Positions 1-10,203 of a stretch of DNA of 64,000 bases are shown piece by piece. Under the pieces are notes generated by a model, which searched no databases, was not told the DNA's origin, and saw only the letters and a program-made list of their open reading frames with translations. The translations under genes and the position numbers were made by a program. This stretch comes from Fibrobacteria bacterium (lineage in GTDB: Bacteria; Fibrobacterota; Fibrobacteria; UBA11236). Position 1 is the stretch's first letter. Every line of letters begins with the position of its first letter. The stretch spans positions 5,370-69,369 of the forward strand of contig JADGQO010000026.1 in NCBI GenBank assembly GCA_017881725.1. The letters are read 5' to 3'.

Positions 1-188
1 TTGATACAATCCACGGCGTTTCGCACCCCGTCCTGGAGCGATGTGACCTGCTTTTGTCGGTCCATCCGGGCCATGAAATTCCGATAAAAAGTGAAGGCCA
101 GCAACGAAACCAAGGTGCCTACGATAAGGGCAACCAGGATTTCGATCAGCGTCATACCCCGATTGCTCGGGCTTGGGGGATTTTTCAT
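1..188 (-). CDS. Prepilin-type N-terminal cleavage/methylation protein (partial, runs off the window)
   Basis: Manual translation from ATG at 188: MKNPPSPSNRG|MTLIEILVALIVGTLVSLLAF, a class III signal (G-MTLIE plus hydrophobic helix). Not in the ORF track. Confidence 0.8.
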   Translation of the reverse strand, partial: MKNPPSPSNRGMTLIEILVALIVGTLVSLLAFTFYRNFMARMDRQKQVTSLQDGVRNAVDCI

Positions 189-385
189 TTTTGGTAATTC
201 AACAACCCATCGCAACTTTCGCTCAATTATAGAGGGTGGCCCTTGGTAACAGCCACAATTCAGGCCGTTTTAACTAATTTCACACGGCCGGGTGCCGTCG
301 GTTCCCGCTAAATCATCCGGAAATCCGTGCCTTATGCCGGAGTATTCCGTATTTTCACGTTCTTGAATAAAAGAGTTCGACTGGC

Positions 386-3100
386 ATGAGCACACTAATT
401 TCTCAAGCCCAAGCCTCCCGGGGCTTTGGCATTCCTTACCTGTCCGGAGCGGAAATCCGTCAGGGCTTCATCGATTTTTTCGCGTCCAAAGGACACACCT
501 ACGTGCCATCCGCGCCCGTGGTTCCGCATGACGACCCGACTTTGCTGTTCACCAATGCCGGCATGAACCAATTCAAATCCGCCTTGCTCGGGGATAACCG
601 CGAGGGCTGGAAGCGCGTGGCCAACTCCCAGAAATGCATCCGCGTTTCCGGCAAGCACAACGACCTCGACGAGGTGGGCCGCGATACTTACCATCACACT
701 TTTTTTGAAATGCTCGGGAACTGGTCGTTCGGCGACTACTACAAGCAGGACGCCATCGTGTTGGCCTGGGAGCTGTTGACCGAGGTTTGGAAGGTTCCCA
801 AAGACCGGCTGTACGTCACCGTATATAAGGACGATGATGAAGCCGAACAGATTTGGAAAACAAAAACCGATATCGAGCACAAACGCATCATGCGTTTCGC
901 GGAAAAGTCCAACTTTTGGGAAATGGGCGATGTGGGGCCTTGCGGACCTTGCTCGGAAATCCATTTCGACATGGGCGATCCCGCAACGCGCGATCAGACT
1001 TATGCTGATCCCATCCTTGGCGTGAACGGGCCCAATGCCCGATACATCGAATTGTGGAACAACGTGTTCATGCAATTCGAACGCTTGCAAAGCGGGGAGT
1101 TAAAGCCCCTCAAGCACAAGAACGTCGATACCGGCATGGGGTTTGAACGCATTGTTTCCGTGATCCAGGGAACCGGGTCGAATTATGAAACGGACGTGTT
1201 CGGTCCCCTCATCCAAAAAATCGCATCCTTGTCCGGAGTCGCGTATTCGCAAGGGCCGGAAGGCACCGCCCACCGGGTCATGGCCGATCACGTGCGCGCC
1301 TTATCCTTCGCCATCGCCGACGGGGCCACCCCTGGAAACGAAGGCCGCGGATACGTCCTGCGCCGCATTCTCCGCCGCGGCAGCCGCTTCGCCCGCAACA
1401 TGGGCCAACGTGAGCCTTTCCTCTGCAAGCTCGTGGCCGTCCTCGCCGAAACCATGGGCCAGGCCTATCCGGAACTGGTGCAACGACAGGCCTATATCGA
1501 ACAGGTGATCCGCGCCGAAGAGGAACGCTTCATGCGCACCTTGGGCCAGGGACTGGATCGTTTCGCCAAGATTTCCGCCGACGTGAAATCCAAGTCGGCC
1601 ACTGTCATTCCCGGCGCAGACGTATTCACTCTTTACGATACCTACGGGTTTCCCACCGACTTGACGCGCATCCTGGCCGAAGAGCAAGGGCTGACCATCG
1701 ATGAGGCCGGCTATACCAAACATATGGAAGAGCAACGCGAGCGGGCCCGCAGCGCGGCCAAATTCGACGGCAGCTTCGCCAGCGATGAAGGCTGGACGCT
1801 GCTCTCGCCGAGCCTGGAAACGGAATTCGTCGGCTATGCGTCGCTCGCGTCCGACTGCAAGACCTTGCGCTACCGCGAGGACAAGGACCAAGTTTTGGTG
1901 GTCCTGGATCGCACCCCGTTTTACGCCGAGGCCGGCGGGCAGGTCGGCGATACGGGAACGCTGGCATCGACGCTGAAATCCGCCACCGGTCTGCCTGCGG
2001 CCGAATTGCGCGTGACCGACACCATTAAGGTGTTCGACATGATTATCCACCGTTGCGATTTGCTGGGCGGCCTGCTCACGAAAGAGAACATGGCCTCCCT
2101 GGTCGCGAAGGTCGACGCCGATCAACGTTTCGCGATCCTGCGCAACCATAGCGCCACGCATTTGCTGCACGCGGCCCTCCGATCCGTGCTCGGTGAGCAT
2201 GTGCAACAGCAGGGGTCGCGCGTTTCGCCCGATGCGCTGCGTTTCGACTTCACGCATTTCCAAGGCGTCACGGCAGAGGAACTGCGCAAGGTCGAGGACC
2301 TGGTCAACCGTCAGGTGCAGGAAAACCTCGCGATTTCCATGTCCGTGCACGGCATCGACGAAGCCAAGCAATTGGGTGCCATGGCCTTGTTCGGGGAAAA
2401 ATACGGCGACCGCGTGCGGGTGATCAAAATGGGCGGATTCAGCATGGAACTGTGCGGAGGAACCCACGCCACCGCCACGGGGCAAATCGGTTTTTTCAAG
2501 ATCGTATCGGAAAGCTCCATCGCCGCCGGCGTCCGGCGCATCGAAGCGGTTACCGGTAACGCGGCAGTTACCCTGGCCCGCCGCAATTTCGACGCCCTGG
2601 CGGAAATCGCCAAGGTGTTCAAGTCCAAGCCCGGGCAGGAACAGGAGCGCGTCGCGGAAGCGGCCGCGCGCATCAAGGCGCTGGAAAAGGAAATCCTGGA
2701 ATTGCGCCAAGCCCAGGCCCGTTTGCAAGCCGTTGCCTTGGTAGGCGAACGCTCCGTTCCGATGAACGGGACCACGGTGCTCATCGCTAAGTTGGATGAA
2801 AAAACCTATCCCAAGGATTTTGTAGGCCTTTTGGTCGATGGCCTCGCGTCGCAACTCCGTAACGGCGTCGCTCTCCTCACGCAAGTTTCCGGGGACTCCC
2901 TTTCCATCTATGTCGTATGCGGCAAGGAAGCTCAGACGAAAGTCAAGGCCGGGGACTTAATCAAAGCCGTCGGCCCGGTGGCGGACGCGCGTGGCGGAGG
3001 CAAACCGGATCGGGCCCAGGCCGGATCGAAGTCGCCGCAGAAGGAAGGCCTGCTCTTGGCCGAGGCCGAGAAATGGCTCAAACAGGCGTTGGGGGCTTAA
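386..3100 (+). CDS. alaS: Alanine--tRNA ligase
   Basis: LLFTNAGMNQFK, HHTFFEMLGNWSFGDY, VDTGMGFER, editing motifs HSATHLLH and ELCGGTH, C-terminal GGGKPDRAQAG. Confidence 0.99.
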   Translation: MSTLISQAQASRGFGIPYLSGAEIRQGFIDFFASKGHTYVPSAPVVPHDDPTLLFTNAGMNQFKSALLGDNREGWKRVANSQKCIRVSGKHNDLDEVGRDTYHHTFFEMLGNWSFGDYYKQDAIVLAWELLTEVWKVPKDRLYVTVYKDDDEAEQIWKTKTDIEHKRIMRFAEKSNFWEMGDVGPCGPCSEIHFDMGDPATRDQTYADPILGVNGPNARYIELWNNVFMQFERLQSGELKPLKHKNVDTGMGFERIVSVIQGTGSNYETDVFGPLIQKIASLSGVAYSQGPEGTAHRVMADHVRALSFAIADGATPGNEGRGYVLRRILRRGSRFARNMGQREPFLCKLVAVLAETMGQAYPELVQRQAYIEQVIRAEEERFMRTLGQGLDRFAKISADVKSKSATVIPGADVFTLYDTYGFPTDLTRILAEEQGLTIDEAGYTKHMEEQRERARSAAKFDGSFASDEGWTLLSPSLETEFVGYASLASDCKTLRYREDKDQVLVVLDRTPFYAEAGGQVGDTGTLASTLKSATGLPAAELRVTDTIKVFDMIIHRCDLLGGLLTKENMASLVAKVDADQRFAILRNHSATHLLHAALRSVLGEHVQQQGSRVSPDALRFDFTHFQGVTAEELRKVEDLVNRQVQENLAISMSVHGIDEAKQLGAMALFGEKYGDRVRVIKMGGFSMELCGGTHATATGQIGFFKIVSESSIAAGVRRIEAVTGNAAVTLARRNFDALAEIAKVFKSKPGQEQERVAEAAARIKALEKEILELRQAQARLQAVALVGERSVPMNGTTVLIAKLDEKTYPKDFVGLLVDGLASQLRNGVALLTQVSGDSLSIYVVCGKEAQTKVKAGDLIKAVGPVADARGGGKPDRAQAGSKSPQKEGLLLAEAEKWLKQALGA

Positions 3101-3849
3101 TGAAAATCGGACCGATTGAAACCCGTCTCATCCAAGGCCTGGACAAGGTCAAGTCCTTGTTTTTCGTGCTCCTGGATCCGGATTCGGCGTCCGCCGACAG
3201 CATCGTGGAATCCGGCCTGCGCGCCGTTAAACATGGCGCCGATGCCCTACTGCTGGGCGGGTCATTCATCGGCAATCCCAACTTCACGCAAATCGCGGCC
3301 AGCCTCAAGCGCGAAACGCAAACGCCCATCATCCTTTTCCCGGGAGGTTGCTCGCATGTTACCCCGGGTCCGGACGCCATCCTGTTCACCACTTTGATCA
3401 GCGGCCGCAATCCGCAATATTTGATCGACGAGCAAGTGAAAGGCGCCGTCCTGGTGCGCAGCCTCAAGATGGAGGCGCTGCCGACGGCCTATATGTTGAT
3501 CGAATCCGGACGCACCACGGCGGTGGAATACATCAGCAATACACGACCCATCCCCTCCGATAAGCCCGCCATCGCCGCTGCCCATGCCATGGCCGCCGAA
3601 TTGATGGGACAACGATGGGTCTATCTCGAAGCCGGCAGCGGAGCCCTCAACGCCGTGCCCGTCCCCATGGTGCAAATGGTGCGCGCCTCGGTCGACCTTA
3701 AAGTCATCGTCGGGGGCGGCATCCGAACGCCGCAGCAGGCTCGGGAGCGGGTGGAAGCGGGGGCTCATGCCATCGTAGTCGGGAACCTGTTCGAAGCCAA
3801 TCGCGATGAGAGTTTGATGCGCGACTTCGTTTCCGCCGTTCACGGTTAA
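3100..3849 (+). CDS. Geranylgeranylglyceryl/heptaprenylglyceryl phosphate synthase (GGGPS/PcrB family, group II-like)
   Basis: FVLLDPD, LISGRNPQYLI, YLEAGSGA, VGGGIR, IVVGN motifs; ATG at 3100 overlaps the alaS stop (TAATG). Confidence 0.92.
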   Translation: MKIGPIETRLIQGLDKVKSLFFVLLDPDSASADSIVESGLRAVKHGADALLLGGSFIGNPNFTQIAASLKRETQTPIILFPGGCSHVTPGPDAILFTTLISGRNPQYLIDEQVKGAVLVRSLKMEALPTAYMLIESGRTTAVEYISNTRPIPSDKPAIAAAHAMAAELMGQRWVYLEAGSGALNAVPVPMVQMVRASVDLKVIVGGGIRTPQQARERVEAGAHAIVVGNLFEANRDESLMRDFVSAVHG

Positions 3850-3940
3850 GCCGCAACCGCAACCGCCCCAGGCACCACGGCGTCGGCGCGCGACGCGCCC
3901 CGAAGCGACTCCCACTCCGGCCGGATGAATCCCCCGTCGC

Positions 3941-4720
3941 TTACTTGACCGGCGCGGGCAACCAAGGATGGGGCGGCCCTTTGACTCCGGCATACTTTTT
4001 TCGGTATGAACTGGGCGACATGGCCATTTGGGCTTTGAATTGCCGGTTGAAATGCGATAGATCGTAAAAGCCGTTGTTCAACGCAATATCGGATATGCGC
4101 TCGCCCGTTTCCGCCAGGGCCTGGCAAGCCGCGTGGATGCGCACCATGGTGATGTATTTGAGTGGCGAGATTTTGAACAGGGATTTGAACCTGCGCTCGA
4201 ACTGGCTGATGGACAAGCAGACCAAGGACGCCAGCTTGGCCATGTCGATGGTTTCCGTATAATGCTCCATCACGTAATCGAATATTTCCCCCATCTCCAG
4301 AAAATGCCGGGAACCGGATTCCATCTGCTTGATGTCGCGCGTATAGCCCGCCAAACCGATGATTTCACCGGCAGAATTCCGGACCGGCACCTTGGTCGTC
4401 GAATACCAATCGGTGGCTTTACCCGCATGGATGATCAACTCGATCAAATTGATCATCGACTCGCCGGTGCGAATGACTTGCTTGTCATCGCGCACGTACT
4501 TTTCGGCGTGATGGCGGGGGAAAAAGTCGAAATCGGTAAGGCCCAATAATTCTTCTTCGCGCTTCAATCCGCACTTTTCCACGAAAATGCGATTGGCCTT
4601 GGTGAACCGGCCCTCAAGGTCCTTGGCGAAAAGGAAAATGTCGGGCATATGCTCGAATAAATCGAGTAATGCCCCCGTCACGCCGTCGGCGCTGGCATCC
4701 CAGGCTGGCTTGCCCTTCAT
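3941..4720 (-). CDS. AraC-family transcriptional regulator with N-terminal PAS domain
   Basis: PAS-like FAKDLEGRFTKAN...GLTDFDFFP; AraC HTH SQFERRFK...ISDIALNNGFYDLSHFNRQFK; start uncertain (4720 or 4777). Confidence 0.9.
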   Translation of the reverse strand: MKGKPAWDASADGVTGALLDLFEHMPDIFLFAKDLEGRFTKANRIFVEKCGLKREEELLGLTDFDFFPRHHAEKYVRDDKQVIRTGESMINLIELIIHAGKATDWYSTTKVPVRNSAGEIIGLAGYTRDIKQMESGSRHFLEMGEIFDYVMEHYTETIDMAKLASLVCLSISQFERRFKSLFKISPLKYITMVRIHAACQALAETGERISDIALNNGFYDLSHFNRQFKAQMAMSPSSYRKKYAGVKGPPHPWLPAPVK

Positions 4721-4859
4721 TGGTTTCCTCCACTCCCGGCCCCTCCAACCGATCCACGGTTCAGGGAACGGCTTCAATAATAGCTTGAACGCCCGATTTC
4801 AGGCAGCCTTTGTATCCGGATTTCCGCCGGCCCCCTGTAACACATCCAAAGCAGAATCC

Positions 4860-5190
4860 AGGGAAGCCTGCAAGGGGCGCGCGCCTGCGCCGGCCATCCG
4901 CCGCGATTTGTTCCAAGGCGTGAATCGCCGTGGCGTCGACATGATGCACGTTTTCCAACAATAGAATCAAGGCCCTGGACGCGTTTCCCGCCACCCGAAT
5001 CGATTCCTCGAACCGCTGGGCCGCGCCGAAAAAAATCGATCCTTGAATGTCAAACACATCCACCCCCTTGGGATCCAGCGCTTGGCGGCCACCGCCGGTT
5101 CCAACGTCGGCGCATTCTCCACCGCCAAGATCAGTAGAAAGGTCGCCATCAAGACGGTGATGTCGGAGCGCGGGGTTTTAAAATCTGCCG
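4860..5190 (-). pseudogene. Decayed SulP-family anion permease fragment (last TM segment plus STAS domain)
   Basis: FKTPRSDITVLMATFLL in one frame; VFDIQGSIFFGAAQRF...LILLLENVHHVDATAIHALEQ (STAS) in another; most of the permease is absent. Confidence 0.7.
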
Positions 5191-5486
5191 GGTATAGCCT
5201 TTGAAGGCGGTTAGGATTTTGGGGCGTTACGGAACTCGTCATTGCACAGCCTATCTAAAATTAATCCTGCAGGATTTCCGGCGACCCAAAACATGAGTTG
5301 ATACGCATGAAATCCGGAGGATTTTGACAAAATACTGTGTTTTTTGGTCGGATTTTGCACGGGGATTGCTTTGCCAAGGGAAAAAAGGGTGACCCAGAAA
5401 CGCCTTCGACCCAAATCCATGGCGTAAAAATCCGGATCAGGATATAATAGTGGGCCCGGAACGGCTTAAATTGAGGCCGCTTTTGC

Positions 5487-5515
5487 TTGACCAGCCTAGG
5501 TGGGATTACTAAATT
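5487..5515 (+). promoter_or_regulatory. Sigma70-like promoter of the rplM operon
   Basis: TTGACC (5487-5492), 17-nt spacer, TAAATT (5510-5515), 36 nt before the rplM ATG. Confidence 0.55.
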
Positions 5516-5551
5516 AGGCTGTCTAAATTTTTTTAATTAGCAGGATTCGCA

Positions 5552-5989
5552 ATGAAAACGGTTACGGTAAATCCCAAGACCATTACCAGCAAATGGTTTA
5601 TCATCGACGCCAAGGACGTGGTCCTGGGACGCTTGGCCAGCACGGCCGCAAGCCTCCTCATGGGCAAGACCAAGATCGCTTGGGCTCCCAATCAGGACCT
5701 CGGCGACCATGTCATCATCATCAACGCCGAGCATATCGCCATGACCGGCAAGAAGCGCGATGAGATCAAGTATTTCAATCACTCGACGCATCCGGGCGGA
5801 CACCGTACCTTGTCGGTTACCCAAGCCCAGGCCATCCGCCCAGGTTACCCCCTGCGCCACGCCATCAAAGGCATGCTCCCCCATACCATCCTGGGCGAGC
5901 ACATGGGCAAGAAACTATTCATCTACGACGGCGAAAAGCACCCGCACGCGGCCCAGAAGCCCGAAGTGCTTTCCATCAAGAAGCCGTAA
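5552..5989 (+). CDS. rplM: 50S ribosomal protein L13
   Basis: WFIIDAKDVVLGRLAS, GDHVIIINAE, AIKGMLP, HPHAAQKP. Confidence 0.99.
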   Translation: MKTVTVNPKTITSKWFIIDAKDVVLGRLASTAASLLMGKTKIAWAPNQDLGDHVIIINAEHIAMTGKKRDEIKYFNHSTHPGGHRTLSVTQAQAIRPGYPLRHAIKGMLPHTILGEHMGKKLFIYDGEKHPHAAQKPEVLSIKKP

Positions 5990-6013
5990 CCGAGTCAAAT
6001 CCAGGAGGCTATC

Positions 6014-6409
6014 ATCGCTACCCAAGAAAACTACCGGGCAACCGGCCGCCGTAAAACCGCCATCGCCCGCGTCATTCTGAAGCCCGGCACCGGCAAGCGC
6101 GTCATCAACGATCGCACCTTCACCGATTATTTCGCCAACGCCATCCGCGAAATGATCGTCGAACAGCCACTCACCATCCTCAATGCCAACAAGCAATGGG
6201 ACGTGATCGTGACCAGCACCGGTGGCGGCGTGAATGGACAAGCCGGAGCCGTGCGTTTGGGCATCGCCCGGGCCTTGGTCGCATACAAGGAAGAATTCCG
6301 CAAAGCCATGCGCGAACACGGTCTTCTGACCCGCGACTCGCGCGCGGTGGAACGCAAGAAGTATGGTAAGTCCGGCGCACGCCGCAGCTTCCAGTTCTCC
6401 AAGCGCTAA
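6014..6409 (+). CDS. rpsI: 30S ribosomal protein S9, apparent non-canonical ATC start
   Basis: [43 protein letters not shown]...QFSKR; SD AGGAGG at 6003-6008; no in-frame ATG/GTG/TTG before the conserved N-terminus. Confidence 0.97.
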   Translation: MATQENYRATGRRKTAIARVILKPGTGKRVINDRTFTDYFANAIREMIVEQPLTILNANKQWDVIVTSTGGGVNGQAGAVRLGIARALVAYKEEFRKAMREHGLLTRDSRAVERKKYGKSGARRSFQFSKR

Positions 6410-6443
6410 TAGACTGGAAGAGAAAGAGAATAAAGGAATAAGC

Positions 6444-7193
6444 ATGCCAGTACCTGAAATCAAAGAGATGTTGGAAGCCGGAGTTCATTTTGGGCATCTC
6501 ACCAAGCGGTGGAATCCCAAGATGAAGAAATTCATCCTCACGGAAAAAAATGGGATCTACGTGATCGACCTGGCTAAGACCCAGGAAAGCCTGACCAAGG
6601 CCATTGAAGCCGTGAAACGCATTCGTCACGCCGGCAAATCCATTCTCTTCGTGGGTACCAAGAAGACCATTAAAGACTGCATGAAGGAAGAAGCCACGCG
6701 TTGCGGCATGTACTACGTGACCGAGCGCTGGTTGGGCGGCATGCTCACCAACTTCCAGACGGTTCGCAAATCCATCAAGCGTCTCGAGGAAATCGAGAAG
6801 ATGGAAACCGACGGCTTGTTCAAGGAAATTACCAAGAAGGAAGTGCTGTCCCTGAATAAGGAACGGGCCAAACTCGAGGGAATTTTCTCCGGCATCCGCC
6901 ATATGAAGACTTTGCCTGGCGCGCTTTTCGTGGTCGATTCCGAGCATGAGGAAATCGCCGTTCACGAAGCCAATCGCCTCCGCATTCCCGTCATCGCCAT
7001 TGTCGATACCAACAGCGATCCGGACAAGGTGGCCTTCCCCATTCCCGGCAACGACGACGCGATTAAATCCGTCGGTTTGTTGACCCGCGTGATTTCCGAT
7101 TCCATCGGCGCAGTTTCCGCTCCCCTGATTGTTGAGGAACCCAAGAACGGCGCCGCCCCTGCGATGGCGGAAGTGCTCGAAGGGGCCGAGTAA
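6444..7193 (+). CDS. rpsB: 30S ribosomal protein S2
   Basis: MLEAGVHFGH, WNPKM, RWLGGMLTN, PGNDDAIKS. Confidence 0.99.
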   Translation: MPVPEIKEMLEAGVHFGHLTKRWNPKMKKFILTEKNGIYVIDLAKTQESLTKAIEAVKRIRHAGKSILFVGTKKTIKDCMKEEATRCGMYYVTERWLGGMLTNFQTVRKSIKRLEEIEKMETDGLFKEITKKEVLSLNKERAKLEGIFSGIRHMKTLPGALFVVDSEHEEIAVHEANRLRIPVIAIVDTNSDPDKVAFPIPGNDDAIKSVGLLTRVISDSIGAVSAPLIVEEPKNGAAPAMAEVLEGAE

Positions 7194-8059
7194 TGGCAGA
7201 AGTTACTGCCCAAACGGTCGCTCAACTCCGGGAAAAAACCGGATTGGGCATCCTACAGTGCCAAAAAGCGCTGAAGGAAACCGCTGGAGACATGGAAAAA
7301 GCGATTGAGTTCCTGCGCAAGCAGGGCGCAGCCGTAGCCGCCAAGCGCATCGGTAAGGAAACCAAGGAAGGCAAGGTCATCCTCGCCGCAGGTTCGAATG
7401 CCGTTGCCGCAGTCGAAATCAATTGCGAAACCGATTTCGTTTCCGCTTCGGATGATTTCAACGCCTTTGCGTCGAAAGTCGCCCACGTAATTCTGGCGAA
7501 GCAGCCCGCCGACCCGGAAGCGCTGAAGGGCTTGCCCCTCGACGCCTCCACCGTGGGCGAAGCCAACACGGCCATTATCGCCAAAATCGGCGAATTAATC
7601 ACCGTCCGCCGCTTTTCACTGGAAAAGGTGGGACCGAACGAGCATGCCGAGACCTACTCGCACATGCAAGGGAAAATCGGCGTCATCCTCAAGCTCGGAT
7701 ATTCCGGGATTTTAAAAGATGCCGCAGCCTTATCCACCGTCGCCAAGGATTTGGCCATGCAGGTTGCCGCGAGCATGCCCATTGCCATCGAACCCAAAGA
7801 CATTTCCGCGTCCATCGTGGACAAGGAACGCGAAATCGCCCGGGAGCTGACCCTTAAGGAAGGCAAAACCGGCGATGTCGTGGATAAAATCGTGGAAGGC
7901 AAAGTAGCGAAGTTCTACAAAGAGAACTGCTTGGTGAACCAGGTTTTCATCAAGGACAGCAAACTCAGCGTCGACAAACTACTTGTCAACACAGCCAAGG
8001 CTTTAGGCCTGGAGTCCCTGAAGGTTCTCGCCTTCCACCGGCTGCAATTGGGTCAGTAG
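7193..8059 (+). CDS. tsf: Elongation factor Ts
   Basis: [23 protein letters not shown]; follows rpsB with a TAATG overlap. Confidence 0.98.
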   Translation: MAEVTAQTVAQLREKTGLGILQCQKALKETAGDMEKAIEFLRKQGAAVAAKRIGKETKEGKVILAAGSNAVAAVEINCETDFVSASDDFNAFASKVAHVILAKQPADPEALKGLPLDASTVGEANTAIIAKIGELITVRRFSLEKVGPNEHAETYSHMQGKIGVILKLGYSGILKDAAALSTVAKDLAMQVAASMPIAIEPKDISASIVDKEREIARELTLKEGKTGDVVDKIVEGKVAKFYKENCLVNQVFIKDSKLSVDKLLVNTAKALGLESLKVLAFHRLQLGQ

Positions 8060-8063
8060 CCCG

Positions 8064-8786
8064 ATGTCCGGTTTACGGTACAAACGAATCCTCCTCAAGC
8101 TCAGCGGGGAGGCTTTCGCTGGCGACAAAGACGGCGGCATCGACCCCGAAACCATCCGCTCCATAGCCGAAGAAGTCGCGCAAGTCTATCATAGCGGCGT
8201 CCAGATGGGCATCGTCATCGGTGGCGGAAACATCATCCGCGGAGCCACCCTCAGTCAGTTCGGTTTTGACCGCGTTTCGGCGGATCAGATGGGCATGCTG
8301 GCGACTGTCATCAATTGCCTGGCCATGCAAGATGCTCTCGAAAAACAAGGCATCTCCACGCGTGTCATGAGCGCAATCAAAATGTCGGCCTTGGCGGAAT
8401 TTTACATTCGGCGTCGCGCCGTGCGACATCTTGAAAAAGGCCGAATCACTCTGTTTGCCGCCGGCACCGGAAACCCTTACTTCACCACCGACAGCGCCGC
8501 CACCTTGCGCGCCATCGAAACCGAATGCGATATCATCATGAAAGCCACCAACGTGGATGGCATTTATGATAAGGATCCCAACAAGCATAAGGATGCGGTG
8601 AAATACGAATCCATTACTTATACCGAAGCCATCAACCGCCAGTTAAAGGTGATGGATACATCGGCCTTCGCGCTTTGCCGCGAGAATAATATTCCGATCT
8701 TGGTCTTTGACATGGGCGTCCACGGCAATTTGGCCAAAGCCGCACTGGGCGAAAAAATCGGAACCTTGGTCAATAGCGGAGAGTAA
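8064..8786 (+). CDS. pyrH: UMP kinase
   Basis: [37 protein letters not shown]. Confidence 0.98.
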   Translation: MSGLRYKRILLKLSGEAFAGDKDGGIDPETIRSIAEEVAQVYHSGVQMGIVIGGGNIIRGATLSQFGFDRVSADQMGMLATVINCLAMQDALEKQGISTRVMSAIKMSALAEFYIRRRAVRHLEKGRITLFAAGTGNPYFTTDSAATLRAIETECDIIMKATNVDGIYDKDPNKHKDAVKYESITYTEAINRQLKVMDTSAFALCRENNIPILVFDMGVHGNLAKAALGEKIGTLVNSGE

Positions 8787-8790
8787 TCCC

Positions 8791-9339
8791 ATGGACGAAA
8801 AAGCCATCAAGGATCACATGCAAAAGACGGTGGATAACGTCCGGCGCGACCTTGCGAAAATCCGTACCGGCATGGCCTCGCCCTCCATTCTCGATAACGT
8901 TTATATCGACTATTACGGCACCCGGACACCCATCAGCCAGGCGGCCGCCATTTCCGTTCCCGAGCCACGCTGCCTGGCCATCAAGCCTTGGGACAAGGGA
9001 TTGATGCAAGCCATCGAGAAGGCGATTCAAACCAGCGATATCGGAATTAATCCGGTGAACGACGGTACCTATATTCGCCTCAATATGCCCGTGCTTACGG
9101 GCGAGCGGCGCAAGGAGCTGGCCAAGGTCGCCAAGCGGATCGGCGAAGAAGGCAAGGTCGCCATCCGCAATATCCGCCGCGACGAGAATGAGCATTTGAA
9201 AAAAGCCTCCAAGGACGAAGGCAAATCGGAAGATGAGCTGAAGGGCGAGATGGACAAGGTCCAACAAATCACCGATCGGTTCATCGTGGAAGTGGACAAG
9301 GTAATCGCCGAAAAAGAAAAGGACATTCTCACCGTCTGA
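8791..9339 (+). CDS. frr: Ribosome recycling factor
   Basis: IRTGMASP, DYYGTRTPI, ERRKELAK, AIRNIRRD. Confidence 0.98.
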   Translation: MDEKAIKDHMQKTVDNVRRDLAKIRTGMASPSILDNVYIDYYGTRTPISQAAAISVPEPRCLAIKPWDKGLMQAIEKAIQTSDIGINPVNDGTYIRLNMPVLTGERRKELAKVAKRIGEEGKVAIRNIRRDENEHLKKASKDEGKSEDELKGEMDKVQQITDRFIVEVDKVIAEKEKDILTV

Positions 9340-9491
9340 GACGAATTTCCTAGGAACTCGGAGATTGCGGCTGCTGGAAATATTCCGGCTCTTTCGTTCG
9401 GGAAAAGTGTTCCAGGGACTTGACCGGGGTAGGATGACGAGGATTATGTCGCGGACGAAGCTTTCAGGTTTTGTTCCGAGGAGCGCGGATC

Positions 9492-10202
9492 ATGCGTGAG
9501 CCCCTGCAGCATATCGCGATTATCATGGATGGCAATGGCCGGTGGGCCAAGAAGCGGCTTTTACCTCGTGTTATGGGACACAAGGAAGGCACCAAAGCCA
9601 CCAAGCGCATCGTCCGGGCCTGCGGCGAACTGGGCGTCAAATACCTCACCATCTACGTTTTTTCATCGGAAAATTGGGAGCGTCCGCTACCCGAAGTAGA
9701 TGCGTTGATGAATTTATTGGTGGACATGATTCGCCAGGAAATCCAGGATTTGATGGACAATAATGTCCGTCTCTGCGCGTTGGGAAACCTTGCGAGATTA
9801 CCTGAGTTCACCCGCCGTGAATTGGAATGGGGCATCGAGCTTACCAAAAATAATACCGGCTTACGCCTGAATCTGGCCGTTTCCTATGGCGGACGAGAAG
9901 AGATCTTGGACGCCTGCCGCGCCTTGGCCGAACGTGCCAAGCGAGGTGAAGTCAATCCGGCTGACATTGATGAGCAAATGTTCCGGACCCATCTCTACCA
10001 ACCGGAAGTTCCGGATCCGGAGCTCCTGATACGCACCGGCGGGGATCAACGGATTTCCAATTACCTGCTTTGGCAAATCGCCTACACCGAGCTTTACGTC
10101 ACGACGACCTTGTGGCCCGATTTCGATCGGCAAGGGTTGACTGAGGCCATCGACGCTTATCATTCCCGGCAGCGTCGCTTCGGAAAAGTCCTCGAGGGTT
10201 AA
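9492..10202 (+). CDS. uppS: Undecaprenyl diphosphate synthase
   Basis: HIAIIMDGNGRWA, FSSENW, YGGREEI, LLIRTGGDQRISNYLLWQ. Confidence 0.97.
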   Translation: MREPLQHIAIIMDGNGRWAKKRLLPRVMGHKEGTKATKRIVRACGELGVKYLTIYVFSSENWERPLPEVDALMNLLVDMIRQEIQDLMDNNVRLCALGNLARLPEFTRRELEWGIELTKNNTGLRLNLAVSYGGREEILDACRALAERAKRGEVNPADIDEQMFRTHLYQPEVPDPELLIRTGGDQRISNYLLWQIAYTELYVTTTLWPDFDRQGLTEAIDAYHSRQRRFGKVLEG

Positions 10203-10203
10203 C

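Noticed and set aside
7193-8059. Functional link between tsf and the EF-Tu-targeting-like toxin
   Set aside because: They are over 30 kb apart and tsf is in its standard operon; coincidental.
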